DNA from: Bacillota bacterium
GTDB taxonomy: Bacteria; Bacillota; Sulfobacillia; Fermentithermobacillales; Fermentithermobacillaceae
Length of the DNA: 64,000 bases
Direction of reading: 5' to 3'
Assembly (NCBI GenBank): GCA_033810155.1
Contig: JAPXKJ010000001.1
Location: 101,376 to 165,375, forward strand
Part shown: piece by piece, positions 9,548 to 19,577 of the stretch
Layout of the letters: each line of letters opens with the position of its first letter
Position numbering within the stretch: position 1 is the first letter of the stretch
Made by a program: the position numbers and the translations under genes
Notes under the pieces: generated by a model
Seen by the model: only the letters and a program-made list of their open reading frames with translations
Database searches by the model: none
Told to the model about the DNA's origin: nothing

Positions 9548-10265
9548 AGTATTCAGATCGGAAACTGCTAAGACGAGATCGGTATGGATTCCTTCGCTAG
9601 AATTTGATCCGGTAAACACAGATGAAAGCGACGAATCCGGCTCGCTTTTGGTCCTTGAAGAAACGTCTATGCAAGTTGCGACGCTTCTTGAAAGCGCCAA
9701 AGCACAAGCTCATGAGATTGTAGAGGAAGCAAAGAAGACGGCATCCGAATACCATGAAGAAGCTAGAAAAGCAGGTTTTTCAGAAGGTTATAACGAGGGC
9801 TTTCAGAAAGGATTGGGTCAAGCAGAGCAATTGATCAGTCAGGCAAAAGAAGTGCTCGAACAATCCAGAACTGCGTTTTCCCAGTATTTGGAAGCCTGTG
9901 AACCCTATCTTCTCGCAATGACTTTGGAAATAGCCAAAAAGATAGTAGGAGACGCTATACAGTGTGATCCTGAAATCGCTCTATCGATGATACGCCAGGC
10001 GATTTCGGTTCTCGACGACGAATCAAGCATAACGATCAACGTGAACCCTGAGATCGTAGCCATTATAGAAGGCTCAAAGCAGAATCTCGAGGGTCAATAC
10101 AATAATAGGAGCATAGAGGTAGTAGGTGATCCTTCCATATCTATTGGAGCCTTAGTTGAGAGCCCGCGTGGACAAGTTGATGCAACCATAGAAACGCAAA
10201 TCGCAAATATAGCGAGAGCAATAGGGGAAGCTAGAACTCGCCAACACAGACAAGGTGCCGTATGA
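9540..10265 (+). CDS. fliH: Flagellar assembly protein FliH
   Basis: 241 aa. Coiled-coil EEA/KKA region and FliH C-terminal domain. TTG start with GGAGGAG RBS. Confidence 0.75.
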   Translation: MSRVFRSETAKTRSVWIPSLEFDPVNTDESDESGSLLVLEETSMQVATLLESAKAQAHEIVEEAKKTASEYHEEARKAGFSEGYNEGFQKGLGQAEQLISQAKEVLEQSRTAFSQYLEACEPYLLAMTLEIAKKIVGDAIQCDPEIALSMIRQAISVLDDESSITINVNPEIVAIIEGSKQNLEGQYNNRSIEVVGDPSISIGALVESPRGQVDATIETQIANIARAIGEARTRQHRQGAV

Positions 10266-11581
10266 TGGAAATCCCGTTCTCAACGTACATAGACGCCATA
10301 GCGTCGGCTAGAAACTTTACACACTGCGGGACTGTGACAGACATCATCGGCCTTTTGATTGAGTCATCGGGCCCGAAAGCAAGGATGGGAGAGATTTGCA
10401 GACTATGGCCAAGGTCGGGATCTCCGGTCTTGGCTGAAATAGTAGGTTTCAGGGGCGGCAAGGCACTCTTGATGCCTTTTGACGACTTGGATGGAATTGC
10501 TCCAGGGTCTTTTGTCGAAGCTACCGGTACGCAGATGAAGGTCCCTGTAGGCAAGAAAATGTTAGGTAGGATCACCAACGCGTTGGGATTTCCCATGGAT
10601 AACGACGTCATATGGCCGGTAGAAACCTATTACCCTGTAATGGAGAAAGCCCCCGCCCCCCTTGAAAGAGGCCTAATTGACTCTCCGTTCTCTACGGGAA
10701 TAAGGGCAATAGATGGGCTTTTGACCATTGGAGAAGGTCAACGTATAGGCATATTCTCAGGCTCCGGTGTGGGGAAATCCACCTTAATGGGTATGATCGC
10801 TAGAAACACATCCGGAGACGTGAATGTAATAGCCCTAATAGGGGAAAGGGGTCGCGAAGTTCGCGAGTTCATAGAAAAAGACTTAGGTAAAGAAGGCCTG
10901 AGACGATCTATTGTGGTTGTGGCCACTTCCGACGAACCCGCACTTAAGCGAATTAAGTCCGCCTGGGTAGCAACTGCCATAGCAGAATACTTCAGAGACC
11001 AAGGATTGAACGTACTGCTAATGATGGACTCGATCACTAGATGGTGCATGGCACAAAGAGAGGTAGGATTAGCTATTGGAGAACCTCCTACGACCAGAGG
11101 CTATACGCCGTCTGTGTTTTCCAATCTTCCAAAACTCTTAGAAAGAGCTGGTAAAGCAAGTACCGGCAGTATAACAGGGATCTACACTGTATTGGTCGAG
11201 GGAGATGACATGGACGAGCCTATCGCCGACGCCGCTAGAGGCATTCTGGATGGCCACATAGTGCTGTCTAGAGATTTGGCCCAAATGGGTCACTACCCTT
11301 CTATCGATGTTCTTGGGTCTGTATCACGTCTTATGCCAACTATCGTAAGCAAAGAGCATCTAGCAATTGCCCAAGAGATGAGGAGCATTTTGGCCACCTA
11401 TAAGAAAGCTGAGGATCTTGTAAACATCGGTGCATATGTAGAAGGTTCGAACCCGGCTATAGATAGGTCTTTAGAACATATTGAAGCAATCAACGCTTTC
11501 TTGAAACAAGGCGTTGATGAGTCGGTTTCGTTTGATGACGTGATAGCGGAAATGACTGGCGCATTTAAGAACATTGGCTAG
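10262..11581 (+). CDS. fliI: Flagellum-specific ATP synthase FliI
   Basis: 439 aa. Walker A GSGVGKST. F1/T3SS ATPase fold. Confidence 0.9.
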   Translation: MMEIPFSTYIDAIASARNFTHCGTVTDIIGLLIESSGPKARMGEICRLWPRSGSPVLAEIVGFRGGKALLMPFDDLDGIAPGSFVEATGTQMKVPVGKKMLGRITNALGFPMDNDVIWPVETYYPVMEKAPAPLERGLIDSPFSTGIRAIDGLLTIGEGQRIGIFSGSGVGKSTLMGMIARNTSGDVNVIALIGERGREVREFIEKDLGKEGLRRSIVVVATSDEPALKRIKSAWVATAIAEYFRDQGLNVLLMMDSITRWCMAQREVGLAIGEPPTTRGYTPSVFSNLPKLLERAGKASTGSITGIYTVLVEGDDMDEPIADAARGILDGHIVLSRDLAQMGHYPSIDVLGSVSRLMPTIVSKEHLAIAQEMRSILATYKKAEDLVNIGAYVEGSNPAIDRSLEHIEAINAFLKQGVDESVSFDDVIAEMTGAFKNIG

Positions 11582-11630
11582 CCCTGTTCAAATGTCGGTC
11601 TCTATTCGATAACAAGATTGGAGATGCTTT

Positions 11631-12086
11631 TTGAGAAAGTTTGCATTCCCTTTAGAAAAAGTGCTTGAAGTGCGAGAACTAAAGCGGCTTATTGCAGAGG
11701 AGAGACTTGGAGCCCTCCTCAATGAAATGTACGCTATTGAGCACGCCCTGGAGGTTATCGAAGAAAGAGAGACAAAGAACCGGGACGATCTACTTGCGCT
11801 TGTAAAACAAGGCTTTGACTCGTTTCAGATGAAAGCGATTTTAAATTATGGCGCAGCGCTAGACGAAGACATAAGAACAACCAAGGAACAATTGGCTAGA
11901 CAAACACTTTTGGTAAGGGAGGCTCAGGAAGAAGCAATCTCGCGAACCACAGAGAAAAAAGCACTTGAACAGCTCAAAGAAAAGCATCGAAGTCAGTACA
12001 TGAAAGCCTATTGGTGGGAACAGAACAAGGAGCTGGATGAAATTGGATCTAGGTACTATCAAAGAAACGGAAAGGAGGTGACCTAA
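11631..12086 (+). CDS. fliJ: Flagellar export chaperone FliJ
   Basis: 151 aa, all-helical coiled coil. Directly downstream of fliI. Confidence 0.7.
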   Translation: MRKFAFPLEKVLEVRELKRLIAEERLGALLNEMYAIEHALEVIEERETKNRDDLLALVKQGFDSFQMKAILNYGAALDEDIRTTKEQLARQTLLVREAQEEAISRTTEKKALEQLKEKHRSQYMKAYWWEQNKELDEIGSRYYQRNGKEVT

Positions 12087-12092
12087 TAGTCA

Positions 12093-13370
12093 ATGGATGC
12101 ATCGTTTAGCATTAACCTCCCTATTGTGGGAGAAACTCTTGACACCGACAAGCCGGTGTGGCGATCAAGCAAAGCCGTTAGCCCCGTCGGCCTGGATTTT
12201 GCAAGTATAGTAATGCTGCTTTGTGCCGAGATGGGTATGCCAGCTGAAAACGCGCAACCAGTAATGGTCGAAGATGCTGAAAACCAAACCAATCTATTTC
12301 TATCCGGAATAGAACCTTCAATACAGTGCAATGTCAGCGAATATACTGCTTTGAATCAAGTTAGATATCCAATGAGTCCTTCTTTCGCGGAGGTGAGCCT
12401 GCCATTTTCCGGAGCTACCGACATGATAGAAGAGCCCGTCGCTTCTAACTCAGAAATATATCTGGAACCTGAGACCGCATCTTCGTCTTTGCCATTTCAG
12501 GAAATGATCGGTGCGGAGACAGTGGAGAACATCGCTGTATTGCACGAAGAAGTGATAAACCCAGCGTATGAGGATTCATCGAACCAGAAGTCTTCAATTC
12601 CGAAAGTGCAGTTTCGTTCTGCGTTGGCTCTCGGCGAAAACGCACAGAACCATGCCGTGGAAACACAAGCGTCGCAAAAGAGTCACGCCGTGACTGAACA
12701 AGATCACGTGTCCCAAGCGGAAACAAACACCCCAACAAGAGATGGCGCGATTGACCTCACCGGGACCTCTTTCGAAACCAGAATCCATGAGGAGCCCAAC
12801 AATTTGCTGAGAGAAGGTGACGATGAAAAGGCAAGCACGCCCGCGTCCGATGCTGCGCGGGGTAGGAACATGGTCTTTGAGTTGAACGACCATCTTCTAG
12901 AGCCTACCAAACAAGCGGATCACAGATCGGATGCGATTCACCGATCACTGCCCACGGGTTTTGAGAAACTGGCTGAATTCTTGGCGGAAAAAGCTAACAG
13001 CCGCTTGCCCACAAGCGTAGAACTTCGCCTGAACCCGCCAAGCCTCGGCAAAATGACTGTCTGGCTTTCGGCAAAGGGTGACGAAATAGTGGTGAAATTC
13101 GTCACATCTTCTTACGATGCGCAACAGGCCCTCATGAAGTCTCATGATCAGTTGGCGCAGACTCTATCTGAAAAAGGGCTATCTCTAGCCGGTTTCTTTG
13201 CAGATCTAGGGACGACGAATGGGCAGAGACACCATAGTAAGTCCTTTGACGATGTTATAAAGAACCATCGCACAGGTCCGACACGGCTATCGCTCGATCC
13301 AAACATTGATGAGACCGAGATAGCGGATCATTTGTCTGAGGGTTACAGAGTATTTGACTATCGTGTGTAA
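12093..13370 (+). CDS. fliK: Flagellar hook-length control protein FliK
   Basis: 425 aa. Acidic, Pro/Gln-rich N-terminal region. C-terminal Flg_hook domain (LRLNPPSLGKMTVWLSAKGDEIVVKF). Confidence 0.75.
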   Translation: MDASFSINLPIVGETLDTDKPVWRSSKAVSPVGLDFASIVMLLCAEMGMPAENAQPVMVEDAENQTNLFLSGIEPSIQCNVSEYTALNQVRYPMSPSFAEVSLPFSGATDMIEEPVASNSEIYLEPETASSSLPFQEMIGAETVENIAVLHEEVINPAYEDSSNQKSSIPKVQFRSALALGENAQNHAVETQASQKSHAVTEQDHVSQAETNTPTRDGAIDLTGTSFETRIHEEPNNLLREGDDEKASTPASDAARGRNMVFELNDHLLEPTKQADHRSDAIHRSLPTGFEKLAEFLAEKANSRLPTSVELRLNPPSLGKMTVWLSAKGDEIVVKFVTSSYDAQQALMKSHDQLAQTLSEKGLSLAGFFADLGTTNGQRHHSKSFDDVIKNHRTGPTRLSLDPNIDETEIADHLSEGYRVFDYRV

Positions 13371-13385
13371 AAGGAGGCGACAAAC

Positions 13386-13835
13386 GTGGATTTAACAGTT
13401 CAGAAAGTCCAGACAGCGTCGAGTCAGACTTTTGGCAGCTCAAATACAGCCGAAGGCCTTCAGGATCAGTTTATGCAGATCCTGCTTACTCAGCTGAAAT
13501 ATCAAGATCCCATGGCTCCTATGGAAGAGAAAGATTTTTTCGCTCAAATGGCTCAGTTTACCACGGCCACACAAGTACAGGATCTTAACGACAAGGTATC
13601 GGTTCTATGCAACGTGATCTTCGAAAGCGAGTACTCAAAGGCATTCCTTGGCGCTTCCAACCTTATTGGAAAGGAGTTCCAGGCAGCAGTCGAAGACGGG
13701 TATGTTTCAGGATCGATAGAAGGCGTCGGGTTCGTAGAGGGAAAGCTTGTAGTTAAAAGCGAGGATAGATTAATTCCATTTGAGAACCTTGTTTGGATTG
13801 GGGGGACCAATCATGGATCTGAAGATACAAAATAG
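13386..13835 (+). CDS. flgD: Flagellar hook assembly/capping protein FlgD
   Basis: 149 aa. N-terminal FLQILLTQLKYQDPMAPM motif. Confidence 0.85.
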   Translation: MDLTVQKVQTASSQTFGSSNTAEGLQDQFMQILLTQLKYQDPMAPMEEKDFFAQMAQFTTATQVQDLNDKVSVLCNVIFESEYSKAFLGASNLIGKEFQAAVEDGYVSGSIEGVGFVEGKLVVKSEDRLIPFENLVWIGGTNHGSEDTK

Positions 13836-14217
13836 TGGCGATTTGCGAGCATCCAATGTTAGCCGAGTGCCAGAGCGACGCGAAAGCAAGAGACCGGATC
13901 TAGTATCTCAGGAAACCCGTTCTTTTGCCGAAACTTTACGCAAAGCACAAAACGGGTTAGGGGTTAGACTCTCAAGGCATGCAGAAGATAGGCTGAACCA
14001 ATGGGGACAAGCCGCCAAAGAAGAATGCTTAGGAGAATTATCATATGCCATGGATATCGCTCAAGCGAAAGGAGCGAGGTCTACTTTGGTCATTTCACAA
14101 GGAGCAGCTTTTCTTGTGGCTCCTCAGAGTAGGACGGTAATAACAGTGGTTCCGGAAGACAGAATGACGGAGAACTTGTTCACTTCCATAGACAGTGCGG
14201 TTTTGATGAGCAAATAA
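13813..14217 (+). CDS. Firmicutes-type 'flagellar operon protein' between flgD and flgE
   Basis: About 134 aa from ATG 13813 (RBS GGGGGG). The position between flgD and flgE is conserved in Firmicutes. Confidence 0.5.
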   Translation: MDLKIQNSGDLRASNVSRVPERRESKRPDLVSQETRSFAETLRKAQNGLGVRLSRHAEDRLNQWGQAAKEECLGELSYAMDIAQAKGARSTLVISQGAAFLVAPQSRTVITVVPEDRMTENLFTSIDSAVLMSK

Positions 14218-14315
14218 GCATATCGTTCGGGGCCGGACCCTTTCAGGGAGGCCGCGCGCTTCGGACCGACGGAAGAAGCGCCCGAACCCATGAAAAGAAA
14301 AGGGGTGCAATAAAC

Positions 14316-15557
14316 ATGATGCGTTCACTGTTCAGCGCTGTGTCTGGGTTGAGGACACACCAGACCCGCATGGACGTAATTGGAAACAACATAGCTAACG
14401 TAAACACACCAGGATATAAGTCGAGTAGAGCAACTTTCCAGGAAGTGTTTAGCCAAACTCTACAAGGGGCGGGTTCTCCTTCTGGTACGTCGACTACTGA
14501 ACGAGGCGGAACCAACCCGATGCAGGTAGGTTTGGGTGTAGATGTGGCTAGTATAGATACTATTCAGACACCGGGAAATCTTCAGCCAACTGGCAGATCG
14601 ACAGACTTAGCAATAGAAGGCAACGGTTTCTTTGTGGTTCTCGATGGTGAGACAAAAGCGTATTCGCGAGTAGGGATCTTCTCTACCGACGGCGACGGGA
14701 TCCTTGTGGACTACGAGGGGAGAAAGGTGTTGGGATGGGTTGCAGACTCCTCTGGAGTTCTCCCAACTGATCGCACAGGAGATAATCTGACACCTCTATC
14801 AATACAGATAGGTTCAAACATGCCAGCCAAGGCAACAAAGAATGTGCAATGGATCAAGAATCTTGATGCTAACAGCGACGTAGGTGCAACTAAGCAGTCG
14901 GCGGTAACTGTGTATGACTCTCTCGGGAGTACCCATACCATTCTTATGAAATTCGAAAAGACAGCAACCACCAACGAATGGTCATGGACTGCGACCTACG
15001 AAAACAACCAGATCGGAAATGGGGTCGTTAAATTTAATGCGGATGGAACGTTAAATTCGCCAACTGGTGGTGCTACGCTTACCTTAAATCCAACAGGAGG
15101 CGCTTCTCAAGGTCAGGCTATAACAATGGATTTTTCAAACCTGACCCAAGTGGCAGGTCCTACTACGGTGGAGTCGGGAGCAGTAGATGGCTGGCCCACG
15201 GGCACTTTGGAGTCGTTTAGTTTTGACTCAAGCGGAGTGGTTTCCGGGTTTTATTCTAACGGAAAAAACCTAGTCTTGGGACAAATCGCTTTGGCGAACT
15301 TTAGAAATCCATCGGGGCTTATCAAACTGGGCAACAGCCTTTTCTTAGAATCAAACAACTCAGGACGCGTGGAGATAGGTCCTGCGGGCACGTCAGGGAG
15401 AGGTACCGTAGCTCCCGCGGCCTTGGAGATGTCCAACGTAGATCTGGCAGAGGAATTCACTCAAATGATCATTACCCAGAGGGGATTTCAGGCAAACTCA
15501 CGAGTAATTACAGTATCGGACGAGCTTTTACAAGAATTGGTCAATCTTAAGAGGTAA
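14316..15557 (+). CDS. flgE: Flagellar hook protein FlgE
   Basis: 413 aa. Conserved N-terminal SGLRTHQTRMDVIGNNIANVNT and C-terminal rod/hook domain. Confidence 0.9.
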   Translation: MMRSLFSAVSGLRTHQTRMDVIGNNIANVNTPGYKSSRATFQEVFSQTLQGAGSPSGTSTTERGGTNPMQVGLGVDVASIDTIQTPGNLQPTGRSTDLAIEGNGFFVVLDGETKAYSRVGIFSTDGDGILVDYEGRKVLGWVADSSGVLPTDRTGDNLTPLSIQIGSNMPAKATKNVQWIKNLDANSDVGATKQSAVTVYDSLGSTHTILMKFEKTATTNEWSWTATYENNQIGNGVVKFNADGTLNSPTGGATLTLNPTGGASQGQAITMDFSNLTQVAGPTTVESGAVDGWPTGTLESFSFDSSGVVSGFYSNGKNLVLGQIALANFRNPSGLIKLGNSLFLESNNSGRVEIGPAGTSGRGTVAPAALEMSNVDLAEEFTQMIITQRGFQANSRVITVSDELLQELVNLKR

Positions 15558-15584
15558 CTGAATCTAGGCACGAGGTGAAAATAA

Positions 15585-16397
15585 ATGGATAGGGCGTCTG
15601 TTATCGGCTTGGTATCGGGTATCGTCATTCTTGTCTTGGCGATAATGTCAGGCGGTAGCATCGGGAGTTTCTGGGATCCAGCATCGATACTCATAACAAT
15701 AGGAGGGACTTTCACTGCTACTTTGATGAGCTATCACCTTAGCACTTTTCTTGAAGTGATAAAGATCGCCAAGAACGCTTTCACAGAAAAAGAAGAGGAC
15801 CTACCTGGGACCATCAACACCATTGTAGAATTTGCAGACAAAGCGCGCAGAGAAGGTCTGTTGGCTCTCGATGAAGATGCAGACGCCCTGGAGGATCCTT
15901 TCCTCCAAAAAGGAATAAGGCTTGTAGTTGACGGAACAACTCCGGAACTTGTACGCAATATTTTGGAAACTGAGCTAGTGTTCATTACACAACGGCACAA
16001 GTTAGGGCAGAGCGTATTCGAAACGATGGCCGTCTTTGCCCCTGCTTTTGGTATGCTTGGAACGCTGATAGGTCTCATACAGATGTTAGTGAACCTCGAT
16101 AGTCCGGACGCCATAGGCCCCGGAATGGCAACCGCACTGGTAACTACCTTTTACGGGTCACTCATTGCAAACGTAGTCTGTCTGCCAATAGCTAACAAGC
16201 TAAAAAACAAAAGCACCAACGAGGTTTACGTAAAAGAAGCGATTATAGAAGGCGTCTTGTCAATTCAGTCTGGGGATAACCCTAGAATAGTCCAAGAGAA
16301 ACTTAAGTCTTTCCTGCCTCCCAAAGATAGATTAGAGATTTCAATGCCTTCAAAAACGAGGGAGGTGAGCGGGCGTGAAACCTTGGATGCAAGATGA
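15585..16397 (+). CDS. motA: Flagellar stator protein MotA
   Basis: 270 aa, 4-TM proton channel. C-terminal GMLGTLIGLIQML motif. Confidence 0.85.
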   Translation: MDRASVIGLVSGIVILVLAIMSGGSIGSFWDPASILITIGGTFTATLMSYHLSTFLEVIKIAKNAFTEKEEDLPGTINTIVEFADKARREGLLALDEDADALEDPFLQKGIRLVVDGTTPELVRNILETELVFITQRHKLGQSVFETMAVFAPAFGMLGTLIGLIQMLVNLDSPDAIGPGMATALVTTFYGSLIANVVCLPIANKLKNKSTNEVYVKEAIIEGVLSIQSGDNPRIVQEKLKSFLPPKDRLEISMPSKTREVSGRETLDAR

Positions 16398-17118
16398 AGA
16401 TCCTCCGCCTCAGGCACCATGGCTGAACACATATGCGGACATGGTTACGCTTCTTCTGTGCTTCTTTGTGCTGCTTTTTTCTATGTCCGTGGTTAACGTT
16501 AAGAAATTTGAAGCTGTGATGTCTTCTCTGCAGGGAGCGCTTGGTATATTGGAAGGTGCACCGGTGCCGACTCCTAACGGCAGTCCTACTGAGATGTTTG
16601 ATCCTGGCGATCTAGTGGCGCAGCTGCTAGCGAAGGAAATGGCAGAAATGGCGAAACTGCAAGAAGTCATCGAGAAGGAACTCAAAGAGTCCGGTCTTTC
16701 TGACAAAGTCGGAGTTAGTCTCGAAGAACGTGGAGTTGTATTGAGATTTGCAGACACAGTGCTCTTTGATGTAGGGCAGGACATCCTTAGGCCCGAATCT
16801 GCTGAGGCACTTCAAAAGATAGGTGACATCATAAAGGACCTGGATAATCCCATACGCGTAGAGGGACACACAGACAACTGGCCGATTAACACCCCGAGGT
16901 TTCCTTCAAACTGGGAGTTATCAACAGCACGTGCCACACGAGTGGTAAGGTTTTTGATAGAAGAGGCAGGCGTAGAGCCAAGACAGCTGCAAGCCGCAGG
17001 GTACGGCGAATACTACCCGCTCGAATCGAATGAAACTGTAGAGGGCAGGCAAAAGAATCGCAGAGTGGACATAGTTATTCTCAGGCCATCCCTTTCCTCG
17101 GCTGAGCCGAATAGGTGA
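16375..17118 (+). CDS. motB: Flagellar stator protein MotB
   Basis: 247 aa. Single N-terminal TM and C-terminal OmpA-like peptidoglycan-binding domain (NRRVDIVI). Confidence 0.85.
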   Translation: MKPWMQDEDPPPQAPWLNTYADMVTLLLCFFVLLFSMSVVNVKKFEAVMSSLQGALGILEGAPVPTPNGSPTEMFDPGDLVAQLLAKEMAEMAKLQEVIEKELKESGLSDKVGVSLEERGVVLRFADTVLFDVGQDILRPESAEALQKIGDIIKDLDNPIRVEGHTDNWPINTPRFPSNWELSTARATRVVRFLIEEAGVEPRQLQAAGYGEYYPLESNETVEGRQKNRRVDIVILRPSLSSAEPNR

Positions 17119-17148
17119 ATAGAACTAAATGGATAGAGGTGAACTAGA

Positions 17149-17586
17149 TTGAAGAGCAAAAAGCCGATTATCATCATAGCCGTAGTCTTGGTAGTTGGTC
17201 TATCCGTAGGCTATTTTGTGGCGGCGAAAGCATGGGGATTTCCTTTGTTTGGCGCAACAAAAGACTCTGGTGACCCAAAGTCCGAAAACGTCAAAACTGT
17301 AACCTACAACCTGGGTCAGTTTATAACGAATCTTCTGGATCCCGGAAAGTATATCAGGGTAACCATTGAAATCGAGATGATGGATGGCAAGGAGAGTCAG
17401 GAACTGCTGTCAAAAATTCCTGAAGTTAAAACAGACATATATGCCCTTTTGAGGTCAAAAACTTACGAGGAACTCATAGGCGAGACTGGGTTAAGAGACC
17501 TCCAGGTTGATGTCCTTGAGAGGATTGAAGAGAGATGTCCTGGCATAGTAAAAAACGTGTACTTTTCGGAATTCATAATCCAGTGA
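17149..17586 (+). CDS. fliL: Flagellar basal body-associated protein FliL
   Basis: 145 aa. N-terminal TM. Conserved position after motB. Confidence 0.75.
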   Translation: MKSKKPIIIIAVVLVVGLSVGYFVAAKAWGFPLFGATKDSGDPKSENVKTVTYNLGQFITNLLDPGKYIRVTIEIEMMDGKESQELLSKIPEVKTDIYALLRSKTYEELIGETGLRDLQVDVLERIEERCPGIVKNVYFSEFIIQ

Positions 17587-17609
17587 GCGGTTGAAGGGAG
17601 TGAGATAGT

Positions 17610-18587
17610 TTGGCATTGACGCAAAAAGAGATCGAGGACCTGATTAACTCGATGATGGTTACAGGTGCAGAGCAACAAGAACCTCAAGTTGCCAAACCAA
17701 GATTGCGCGTCTATGACTTCAAACGCCCCGACAAGTTCTCCAAAGACCATTTGCGCGGGGTCCAGATGTTGTTCGACAATTTGTGCAGATTCGTTACCTC
17801 GTATTTTTCCGGTTTCTTTAGGATGACGGTGCACTCAAATGTCGAATCGGTAGACCAGATAACCTACGAAGAGTTCGCAAATAGCTTGCCCAATCCATGC
17901 GTCGTTGCAGTGGTCGAGTGGGATTCTCTTGCGTCAAATATGCTAGTTAGTTTCAGCCCGCAAATCGCGATCCCAATGGTAGATAGACTGTGCGGTGGTC
18001 CAGGCGATTCGCTTTCTCTCTCGAGGGTTTTGACAGATATTGAGTCAGCTGTGTTGATGCGAGTAGCTGAGACCATGACAGACATGCTTTCCGTCACGTT
18101 GCGCGAATTCAAGGTTGAAGAACACAACCTCAAAGTGTCTTCAATCGAACTGAACCCGTTGTTCATCCAACAAGCTATGGCGCCTAACGACGTGATTTTG
18201 TCTGTGATTCTGAGGATGAAATTTGGGGCTCAGTCCGGTACTATTGAGTTCTGCCTACCATATGTGCTCTTGGAACCTATCCTACCAACTCTTTCAGCAC
18301 ATCGCTGGTTCTCCAGAAGAAACGATGGAGACACGTCGCAGGATAGTGGCGATGCCATTGATGCAATCAAACACATCGAAATACCAATCTCCTGTACTCT
18401 CGGAGAATCCACCCTTACAATGAAAGACATTCTTTCATTGAAACCCGGTGACGTAATTGAACTTAACACCAGGACGAAGGATCCTGCGGTAATTAACATT
18501 CTAGACAAACCAAAGTTCAAAGCTGAGATTGGACGGATTGGATCGAGACTTGCAGCTCGAATAGTTTCAAGAGCCGAGGACGCCTGA
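17610..18587 (+). CDS. fliM: Flagellar motor switch protein FliM
   Basis: 325 aa. N-terminal LSQxEIDALL-like motif (LTQKEIEDLINSM). Confidence 0.9.
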   Translation: MALTQKEIEDLINSMMVTGAEQQEPQVAKPRLRVYDFKRPDKFSKDHLRGVQMLFDNLCRFVTSYFSGFFRMTVHSNVESVDQITYEEFANSLPNPCVVAVVEWDSLASNMLVSFSPQIAIPMVDRLCGGPGDSLSLSRVLTDIESAVLMRVAETMTDMLSVTLREFKVEEHNLKVSSIELNPLFIQQAMAPNDVILSVILRMKFGAQSGTIEFCLPYVLLEPILPTLSAHRWFSRRNDGDTSQDSGDAIDAIKHIEIPISCTLGESTLTMKDILSLKPGDVIELNTRTKDPAVINILDKPKFKAEIGRIGSRLAARIVSRAEDA

Positions 18588-18603
18588 AGGGAGTTGATAA
18601 TTC

Positions 18604-19131
18604 ATGAAGGACGGAAGCCTTAGCCAAAGCGAAATAGAGGCTCTGTTACGAGAAGTAGAGGAATCCGAAAGTACAATCACCGATGTTACGCAACAACCAA
18701 ATTTGGAAGCATCACGCGATGTGGAAGTTGACTATTCGAAAGAAAAGGCAGCTGCTGAAAAACAGGCAGAAAGCACAGATGATACAATAGGTGCATACAG
18801 TCCTAGGAACCAGAAAATGGTTTCGGTCAAACCTGCGAGGTTTGAAGAATTGGAACCCAAATCTGCACCCGGGAGACTGGTCTCCGACATCGACCTTCTG
18901 ATGGACATACCTTTAGCAATATCTGTGGAATTGGGAAAGGCAAAGTGCTATGTAAAAGACCTTTTAAACCTAACAATCGGTTCCATAGTTGAACTAGACA
19001 AGCTCGCCGGCGACCCTGTTGACATCTTGGTGAACGGGAAATTGTTTGCTAAAGGGGAGGTAGTTGTCATAGATGAGAATTTCGGAGTTAGGATTCAAGA
19101 GATAGTGAACAAAGACCAAACCATCACCTGA
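18604..19131 (+). CDS. fliN: Flagellar motor switch protein FliN (short form)
   Basis: 175 aa. C-terminal SpoA domain and N-terminal LSQSEIEALL motif. No CheC-like phosphatase domain, so it is FliN-type rather than FliY-type. Confidence 0.85.
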   Translation: MKDGSLSQSEIEALLREVEESESTITDVTQQPNLEASRDVEVDYSKEKAAAEKQAESTDDTIGAYSPRNQKMVSVKPARFEELEPKSAPGRLVSDIDLLMDIPLAISVELGKAKCYVKDLLNLTIGSIVELDKLAGDPVDILVNGKLFAKGEVVVIDENFGVRIQEIVNKDQTIT

Positions 19132-19223
19132 GATGGTAAGTAACTCATAGCCATTCTTAACCCAGGCGGTTTTTGTTAGATAGAGAAAAAAGGGGGGATC
19201 CGCCGGGGGGTTCCGGCATACAT

Positions 19224-19577
19224 ATGGACTGGTACTCTTTAGTTTCGTCGAGTTTCAAGATAATAGGGTTCCTCGGATTGGTAATCGTACTTTCGGCACT
19301 TCTTGTACGTTTCTCCAAACGTGGATTCAAGTCCCATCGACCTAGAGTCTGCCTTAAGATTGTAGACTCTTTACCTCTTGGAAGAGATAAGATGCTTTGC
19401 GTGGTTGAAGCAGGTAGATCTATACTTCTGCTCGGGCTCACCAACAATAGTGTCTCCCTCTTAAAGGAGTTTTCTTCCGAAGAAGTCGAAAAAATGTTCA
19501 ACCGAGAGGAAGAAGGGCCAAATCCCAAAGATAAGACGACTTTCTTTGCGAGATTCGCAGAGAATTTGGGCGAGCGA
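19224..19577 (+). CDS. fliO: FliO/FliZ-like protein, in the same open frame as fliP
   Basis: Single TM (FKIIGFLGLVIVLSALL) then a small soluble domain. Frame opens at TTG 19173. No stop codon before the fliP start at 19578. Confidence 0.5.
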
